Source of the DNA: Nemertoderma westbladi
Taxonomy: Eukaryota > Animalia > Xenacoelomorpha
Reading direction: 5' to 3'
Assembly (NCBI GenBank): GCA_032718475.1
Contig: JAUCBJ010006914.1
Coordinates: forward strand, 1 to 64,000
DNA: 64,000 nt
In this document: one piece after another, positions 62,743-64,000 of the stretch
Position numbering within the stretch: position 1 is the stretch's first letter
Layout of the letters: every line of letters starts with the position of its first letter
Position numbers and translations under genes: made by a program
Notes under the pieces: model-generated
Told to the model about the DNA's origin: nothing
Seen by the model: only the letters and a program-made list of their open reading frames with translations
Databases searched by the model: none

Positions 62743-64000
62743 ATATACTATACTATAATATACTATAATATACTATACTATACTATACTATACTATACTA
62801 TACTATACTATACTATACTATACTATACTATACTATACTATACTATACTATACTATACTATACTATACTATACTATACTATACTATACTATACTATACTA
62901 TACTATACTATACTATACTATACTATACTATACTATACTATACTATACTATACTATACTATACTATACTATACTATACTATACTATACTATACTATACTA
63001 TACTATACTATACTATACTATACTATACTATACTATACTATACTATACTATACTATACTATACTATACTATACTATACTATACTATACTATACTATACTA
63101 TACTATACTATACTATACTATACTATACTATACTATACTATACTATACTATACTATACTATACTATACTATACTATACTATACTATACTATACTATACTA
63201 TACTATACTATACTATACTATACTATACTATACTATACTATACTATACTATACTATACTATACTATACTATACTATACTATACTATACTATACTATACTA
63301 TACTATACTATACTATACTATACTATACTATACTATACTATACTATACTATACTATACTATACTATACTATACTATACTATACTATACTATACTATACTA
63401 TACTATACTATACTATACTATACTATACTATACTATACTATACTATACTATACTATACTATACTATACTATACTATACTATACTATACTATACTATACTA
63501 TACTATACTATACTATACTATACTATACTATACTATACTATACTATACTATACTATACTATACTATACTATACTATACTATACTATACTATACTATACTA
63601 TACTATACTATACTATACTATACTATACTATACTATACTATACTATACTATACTATACTATACTATACTATACTATACTATACTATACTATACTATACTA
63701 TACTATACTATACTATACTATACTATACTATACTATACTATACTATACTATACTATACTATACTATACTATACTATACTATACTATACTATACTATACTA
63801 TACTATACTATACTATACTATACTATACTATACTATACTATACTATACTATACTATACTATACTATACTATACTATACTATACTATACTATACTATACTA
63901 TACTATACTATACTATACTATACTATACTATACTATACTATACTATACTATACTATACTATACTATACTATACTATACTATACTATACTATACTATACTA
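62743..64000. repeat. (TATAC)n microsatellite array, >1.25 kb, runs off the window
   Basis: Essentially perfect pentamer array after two variant units at the junction. Confidence 0.97.

Noticed and set aside
62743-64000. (TATAC)n as a telomere
   Set aside because: A right-hand chromosome end should show the G-rich strand on +, but here + has no G. The unit also matches no telomere motif I know.

Overview
This window is eukaryotic (probably invertebrate metazoan) DNA made almost entirely of nested transposable elements, with no recognisable host gene. It holds two families of BEL/Pao LTR retrotransposons. Family A has copies at ~1975-15031 (+) and ~50122-62740 (+), plus a fragment near 16.8-17.6 kb. 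Family B has three copies with exact 5-bp target-site duplications: 19173-31689 (+, TSD CCCAT), 33293-49200 (-, TSD GTCTC, nearly complete) and 56514-61754 (+, TSD GGACG). Also present are a full-length CRE-like non-LTR element (RT plus restriction-like endonuclease, 10-bp TSD), a decayed APE-type LINE split by B1, a foldback MITE, tandem repeats and two pentanucleotide microsatellites. The strongest unusual signal is that family B has no tRNA-type primer-binding site. Instead, the 11-13 nt just after the 5' LTR are perfectly complementary to a site inside the same LTR, and the two sequences co-vary across all three copies. This suggests Tf1-style self-priming in a BEL/Pao lineage. Both families also carry a non-env accessory ORF between pol and the 3' LTR: a DEDDy 3'-5' exonuclease fused to three CCHC knuckles in family A, and an unknown Cys/His protein with a basic C-terminus in family B. 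Both also keep a second PPT-like motif directly after pol. All family assignments come from motif recognition by eye; no searches were run.
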